Shown in pieces: positions 7,581 through 11,574 of a stretch of 11,574 nucleotides of DNA. How positions within the stretch are numbered: the first letter of the stretch is position 1; every line of letters starts with the position of its first letter. Source of the DNA: Prevotellaceae bacterium (GTDB lineage: Bacteria; Bacteroidota; Bacteroidia; Bacteroidales; Bacteroidaceae); the NCBI GenBank assembly GCA_021204165.1, contig JAJPZU010000112.1:1-11574 (forward strand). Direction: 5' to 3'. Below the pieces are notes generated by a model. The model ran no database searches. It saw nothing but the letters and a program-made list of their open reading frames with translations, and had not been told where the DNA came from. The position numbers were made by a program, and so were the translations under genes.

Positions 7581-8737
7581 ACGTCAAGATTTACAAATTC
7601 ATTATAAATGTGACTCATCAACTCTGAGAGGTCGTAAGTATCTACAATCCACCGTCCGCGTTCATTTTGGACAAGCAAATCTTGTATCTCTCCTTCATAT
7701 ATTCGATAAACAGCCGTGTTAGTCCTGCTCAATTGGGCACGTACTGCATTTGTTTGGTTTAGTAAAACATTCAAGTAGTTAAGAATATACGGACTATGGG
7801 TCGCAAGCATCATATTAATTTCTCGATTTTCATCCGCATGTGTTGCCGACAGCACAATTTCTTCTATGAGTTTGCACTGTGCATCAGGGAACAGACTTAA
7901 CTCAGGTTCTTCAATATGGATATATACTTGTTTCTTCAAATCGCTGGGTTCTGCGACAGCCCGAAACTTGTTCAATCTTTCCATATCATACAGATAGTTC
8001 AGGACAGAGCGCTTGAATGCGTCCTTAAATGAAAAGCCATTTGCGCTGGCATAGTTCTTTACAATCAAAGCGACCGATGCTGACGTTTGAATGCCGGATG
8101 AAGCTTCTCGTAAGTCGATTGGCTCATGACGGCTGTCATTTGGAATGACGGTGTAGCGTGTAGGCTTACCTTTGGGGTGGGTTATCTGAAGCTTCATGCC
8201 TATATAGTCCAACGGTATCTCTTTGTCGTTTGCCGATGCTCTGACAAAATCATTGTTTGTTTCATGAAAATAAAATCCCAAGGTTGCACCTGTGTTTTGG
8301 GATGCCTTTTGCGCCCATGTCGGAATGATGTTTCGGTTTTCAGAGATATAGGACACTTTGTTGAACACCAAATGGTCAGAAGATATAATGGGAAGTCTGC
8401 CTAATTTCTTGTTTTCCATCAAGATGGTGTATTCCGTTTCATCATCCATGACTACACTATACCTAATTACACTTGACGAGTCAAGCATTTTATACATTCC
8501 CGTTTCTTTCATCATCGAATCGAAGCGCATCCTGAAAGGAGAGCTTGTTATTTTTGAATGCTTCAAATAAGAACGGATGTTTGCCATTTTGTACAGATAG
8601 CGCATCATGCTTATCAGCTTCATCAGTGTGCTTTTACCACTTGCGGATTCACCAATCAACACAGTGAATGGCAGAAGGCCAAGGTTCTCAATGTGCTTTA
8701 GCGGACCAATATTTTTAATTGTTATAAATTCCTTCAT
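7577..8737 (-). CDS. AAA_15/AAA_21-family ABC-type (SMC-like) ATPase, about 386 aa. The six-frame ORF extends to 8815, but the conserved N-terminus begins at Met-27 (MKEFITIKNIGPLKHIENL).
   Basis: N-terminal M-x-x-I-x-IKNxxxxxxxxxLxxxxxxxVLIGxNxSGKST architecture with Walker A GESASGKST. Walker B/D-loop VYIHIEEPELSLFPDAQ and H-loop MLATHSPYIL. This family supplies the ATPase of Septu (PtuA), OLD/Gabija N-domains, RloA-like and several Abi systems. The region is visibly more AT-rich than its neighbours. Confidence 0.8.
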   Translation of the reverse strand: MKEFITIKNIGPLKHIENLGLLPFTVLIGESASGKSTLMKLISMMRYLYKMANIRSYLKHSKITSSPFRMRFDSMMKETGMYKMLDSSSVIRYSVVMDDETEYTILMENKKLGRLPIISSDHLVFNKVSYISENRNIIPTWAQKASQNTGATLGFYFHETNNDFVRASANDKEIPLDYIGMKLQITHPKGKPTRYTVIPNDSRHEPIDLREASSGIQTSASVALIVKNYASANGFSFKDAFKRSVLNYLYDMERLNKFRAVAEPSDLKKQVYIHIEEPELSLFPDAQCKLIEEIVLSATHADENREINMMLATHSPYILNYLNVLLNQTNAVRAQLSRTNTAVYRIYEGEIQDLLVQNERGRWIVDTYDLSELMSHIYNEFVNLDV

Positions 8738-8956
8738 AATAAAGTTTTGTTTTTCAAACAATCTGATAAAGTATGATTTACCCAATAAAGATACTAATTT
8801 GTACTTCAACAGCAAAAAAAATCCTGTATTGTGACGCTAAAAACGTGAATTTATTACAGAAATGGCACTTTGTCATGTCAAATCAGAAGGTGAAGTGTCA
8901 AAACAGGAGATACAATCCAAACTTATTGTTGCATGAACATCTGGGGCCAGAGCCGC

Positions 8957-9478
8957 CTAATCCTCCAGCCAGTCCTCCGACAAACTGAAGTCCTTGTCCG
9001 CAAACAAGTCCGCCAGCCCGGAAATCTGCTTCAGCCTCAACAGCTCATCCTTGTCCATGCCGATATTGCGCATAATCCACGCATCCGACATGCCCGCAGA
9101 CGTAAGCTCCGACACGATGTGGCTCATCAGCTCTATCGTGTGCGTACCCCTCGCCCTGTTATGACGTATGGTCGAAGCCATTCTGCACGAAATATCCTTG
9201 TCTATCACCGACACGGGAAGCATCCCCTTCTCCCTGTCATAAATTCGTTTCGATGTCTTCATCACCAGATAGCGGTGGAATCCATCTACAATCTCATACT
9301 TGTCCTCGTCCTTCAAGTAATAGCACACGCAAGGCATGGTGTACCCGTCCTCCCATATCGACAGTTCCAACAGCTTCATCTCCGGAGGAGCCACCATGTT
9401 GGGGTTATAATTGTTCGCCACCACTTTCTCGATAGGCACTGCTATCACATTATATACCGGACTCTTAAAATTTTCCAT
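8957..9478 (-). CDS. IbrB-like ParB/Srx-fold (ParB N-terminal nuclease-like, DGxHR) protein, 173 aa
   Basis: ParB-domain motifs VANNYNPN and EIVDGFHR. Overlaps the upstream PAPS-reductase-like gene by 14 nt. The gene pair matches E. coli ibrA-ibrB / ybdN-ybdM and is analogous to DndC-DndB. Confidence 0.8.
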   Translation of the reverse strand: MENFKSPVYNVIAVPIEKVVANNYNPNMVAPPEMKLLELSIWEDGYTMPCVCYYLKDEDKYEIVDGFHRYLVMKTSKRIYDREKGMLPVSVIDKDISCRMASTIRHNRARGTHTIELMSHIVSELTSAGMSDAWIMRNIGMDKDELLRLKQISGLADLFADKDFSLSEDWLED

Positions 9479-10763
9479 ATTCCAATGCTTTATATTTTCT
9501 CATCACACTTTCTCGTCTGCTCTTCTCATTCTTGGTCAGGGTAAAGCCCATGTACTTACACACATGGTCGTTTCTCAGTATGCAGATGCAGACACGCTTG
9601 AATGTCGGAATCTCCCGAAACTCCGGAATGTCTATGTCGTCAACGTACTCCATCATGACCGGTCTTTTGTTAGTGCGGTATGCCGTGGTCGTCCCAACCG
9701 TAAACTTCACCCCTGCCGCACGCAATTTTTCAATGGTCTCATCGCTCAGACATCCGCCTTTCGTCCTCCAGAATCTCATGCTCACACCTATCTTGTCCAG
9801 ATAATTGCGGCACACCTTCTCCGGCAACGTGTCCAGCAGAAAGTACATGTACTTTTTCCAAGAAAATCCGTGAGGACATTTTATCGACTTCCATCCCATA
9901 GCCGTCGTATTCCCGTAGATGCCGGAAAAATTGACACCATTGACACGGCTGACCATCCGCCCCCACATGTCGGGGTCTATCGCCCGATAGACACTCAGCG
10001 TAGGTATGGCATGAGAAATGAACGGACTTGCCACCCGCTGCCGCCCAATCGGAATGCCCGCACGCGAATAAAGGTCATAAAGCGGATTATAAGTCCATCC
10101 GAATTTTCCGTTTGCCGTCCAGATGTCAGATGTTTTCCAGTCATAAAGCGGATAAGCGTTATACACATGTGCAGCAAGCTTATGTGTCCATTTGTAATGC
10201 GAAAGCCGCCGGTAGTTCTTGGCATTGTGTATGGCCGTCCACCGGTTAAAACTCTCCTGCGTCCTTATGCCTACAAGACAACATATACGTTCACATTTCT
10301 TCCGGTTGCGCAGCCAAGGGGCGAAAAGATACTGGAAGTCATAGTCCCACAAGGCATCAGTGAAGAAATTGAAATCGGCTGCCGTATAAGCCCCCTCAGG
10401 CATTTCCCTCACCCATATATCCTTCTCCGATTCTCCCCAAGGTCTCCAATACGACTGGTGCATGGATGTACAGGTCATGACTTTGAAGGGCACGCAACAA
10501 TGGTACACCTCCAGAATGTCGCGATTCTCCGACAGGGTACGGCGCACATACTCCGTGGTCTGCCGGTACTGCACCTCGTAGTCCATGTGGAACACACCCA
10601 GCTTACGTCCCGGAGCATACCTCCGTATATAGTCTATGCACAGATTCAACAACACTCCGCTGTCCTTGCCACCCGAAAACGAGACATACACATAATCGAA
10701 ATAATCGAATATGATCTTCAGCCTCCTTTGCACTGCTTCATAAACATCAAGTTGCCTAATCAT
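9465..10763 (-). CDS. IbrA-like phosphoadenosine-phosphosulfate-reductase-family PP-loop ATP pyrophosphatase with a long C-terminal (DUF3440-like) extension, 432 aa
   Basis: N-terminal PP-loop SFSGGKDS (VYVSFSGGKDSGVLLNL) characteristic of the PAPS reductase/DndC/YbdN family. Its size and the overlapping ParB-like downstream gene match the IbrA/IbrB pairing. Confidence 0.8.
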   Translation of the reverse strand: MIRQLDVYEAVQRRLKIIFDYFDYVYVSFSGGKDSGVLLNLCIDYIRRYAPGRKLGVFHMDYEVQYRQTTEYVRRTLSENRDILEVYHCCVPFKVMTCTSMHQSYWRPWGESEKDIWVREMPEGAYTAADFNFFTDALWDYDFQYLFAPWLRNRKKCERICCLVGIRTQESFNRWTAIHNAKNYRRLSHYKWTHKLAAHVYNAYPLYDWKTSDIWTANGKFGWTYNPLYDLYSRAGIPIGRQRVASPFISHAIPTLSVYRAIDPDMWGRMVSRVNGVNFSGIYGNTTAMGWKSIKCPHGFSWKKYMYFLLDTLPEKVCRNYLDKIGVSMRFWRTKGGCLSDETIEKLRAAGVKFTVGTTTAYRTNKRPVMMEYVDDIDIPEFREIPTFKRVCICILRNDHVCKYMGFTLTKNEKSRRESVMRKYKALEYGKF

Positions 10764-11164
10764 TCCTTACGTCCTCCGGCATATACCATCTTGTCATAAT
10801 TCTTCCATTCCCTATGTGTCCTGAAGCCGTTGCGTGCAAAGTCAGCCACATGACGCTTGTGTACGACTGCGGTCAGCACAGTCCTGCTCACCGACTCCGC
10901 CACCACCCTGTCGAGCAGAGCATCAATGAGCAAAGAATCGTCGCCCTTGATATAATAATTGTCAATACAGGCTTCACGCTCTTTCTCCTTTACCGGAATG
11001 AATCCGATTACCTCCTTTTTCTCTATGGCCACATACCATTTGTGATGACGGGAGGTCTTGAAGGGATAATTGTTGTTGAGCCTCAACACTGCCGCATTCA
11101 TCACCAGCGGTGCCACCAGCTCATAAAGGCGGGAAGATGTGCCTTCTAAAATCTCAATATTCAT
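10760..11164 (-). CDS. Small hypothetical protein (134 aa), possibly a minimal GNAT-fold acetyltransferase. First gene of the IbrAB-like operon.
   Basis: Stop overlaps the IbrA-like start (ATGA at 10760..10763). The C-terminal segment HVADFARNGFR resembles GNAT motif B (N..A..fY.k.GF). No clear acetyl-CoA P-loop, so the fold assignment is weak. Confidence 0.45.
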   Translation of the reverse strand: MNIEILEGTSSRLYELVAPLVMNAAVLRLNNNYPFKTSRHHKWYVAIEKKEVIGFIPVKEKEREACIDNYYIKGDDSLLIDALLDRVVAESVSRTVLTAVVHKRHVADFARNGFRTHREWKNYDKMVYAGGRKE

Positions 11165-11439
11165 AAAAACAGTCTTTTTGATTCTTGCCTATCCCGACTT
11201 CCGAATCATGAGAGTCTCGGTCTTATAAAGAAGATACATCAGTTGCCACATCCGTAATCTATAAACAGCAGACATCATGAACCATCAAAGTCAAGTAATG
11301 CAATAAACTATGCAAAAGTACGACAAATACCTTTTTTATTCTACCCGATGTCATATTTTTTACAAGAAGAATACTTAGATACTGTTTTTTAGAAGCCGTT
11401 TGTTTAAATGAATGTATTCAACAATTTTAAGCTTGTCTA

Positions 11440-11574
11440 TTTAACGGACTCCTCATGTGTATTTAGTGGAATGTTTTTATATTTGGTGGGGTGTTCTCGG
11501 CAGACTCCTCATGTGTGAATTGTATGTGTTAGCAGACGTTTTCGACAGACTCCTCCGTCGCTACCGCGCCACCT
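11440..11574. repeat. Right terminal inverted-repeat arm, ending exactly at the window edge. Core 11538..11574. Three motif copies (as reverse complement GAGGAGTCTG/GAGGAGTCCG) at 11546..11555, 11501..11510 and 11445..11454.
   Basis: Reverse complement of 11440..11574 reads aggtggcgcggtagcgacg-GAGGAGTCTGtcgaaaac...acacatGAGGAGTCTGccgagaacacccc...acacatGAGGAGTCCGttaaatagac. Motif order and orientation mirror the left arm. Inner spacings are 45 and 56 bp. Confidence 0.85.

Noticed and set aside
7577-8815. Using the full 412-aa ORF for the ATPase
   Set aside because: The first 26 codons (MLLKYKLVSLLGKSYFIRLFEKQNFI) precede the family-typical start M-x-x-I-x-IKN and lie in an extremely AT-rich leader. 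The Met-27 start at 8737 is preferred. The longer ORF remains possible.
9411-10799. 462-aa plus-strand ORF and 203-aa ORF 8933..9544
   Set aside because: Antisense to the IbrA-/IbrB-like genes, which carry clear PP-loop and ParB motifs. Pro/Arg/His-rich compositions indicate spurious frames.
11-11574. Terminal inverted repeats as a pure assembly or chimeric-read artefact
   Set aside because: The arms are imperfect (one indel in the core, motif-level similarity only beyond 36 bp, different inner spacings) and show a structured three-site organisation. Artefactual foldbacks would be exact copies. An artefact still cannot be fully excluded without reads.

Overview
Bacteroidetes-like window (codon usage and gene content; no obvious Shine-Dalgarno sites) with nine convincing genes, all on the minus strand. 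The whole segment is bracketed by imperfect terminal inverted repeats at 11..46 and 11538..11574.

From low to high coordinates the genes are:
- A complete acyl-CoA carboxylase operon: biotin carboxylase 2309..3835, biotin carboxyl carrier protein 1674..2192, PccB-like carboxyltransferase 227..1681.
- A flotillin/SPFH gene (4579..5955) paired with its NfeD/YqiJ-like membrane partner (6122..6700).
- An AT-rich two-gene module: an AAA_15/AAA_21-type ABC-like ATPase (7577..8737) translationally coupled (ATGA overlap) to a 226-aa Cys-cluster protein (6900..7580). This looks like a Septu-/Abi-like anti-phage candidate.
- A three-gene translationally coupled operon: a small GNAT-like ORF (10760..11164), an IbrA-like PAPS-reductase/PP-loop protein (9465..10763) and an IbrB-like ParB/DGxHR-domain protein (8957..9478). 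This is a DndC/DndB-analogous candidate DNA-modification or defence module.

The most unusual feature is the pair of window ends. A 36-37 bp near-perfect inverted repeat begins 10 bp from the left edge and ends at the last base of the window. Each arm carries three spaced copies of a ~16-30 bp motif (consensus ACACATGAGGAGTCTG-YYGARAACAYCCC) in inverted orientation. That is the end architecture of Tn7-, Mu-, Tn402- or IS21-type transposons with multiple transposase-binding sites, yet no transposase, integrase or invertase lies between the arms.

Two ~22-bp-unit tandem repeat arrays sit in intergenic regions (nfeD-flotillin junction, and downstream of flotillin next to a clear rho-independent terminator). 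There is a 740-bp gene-free gap upstream of the carboxylase operon.

No rRNA, tRNA or CRISPR array was found. All functional calls are from motif recognition by eye; no searches were run.
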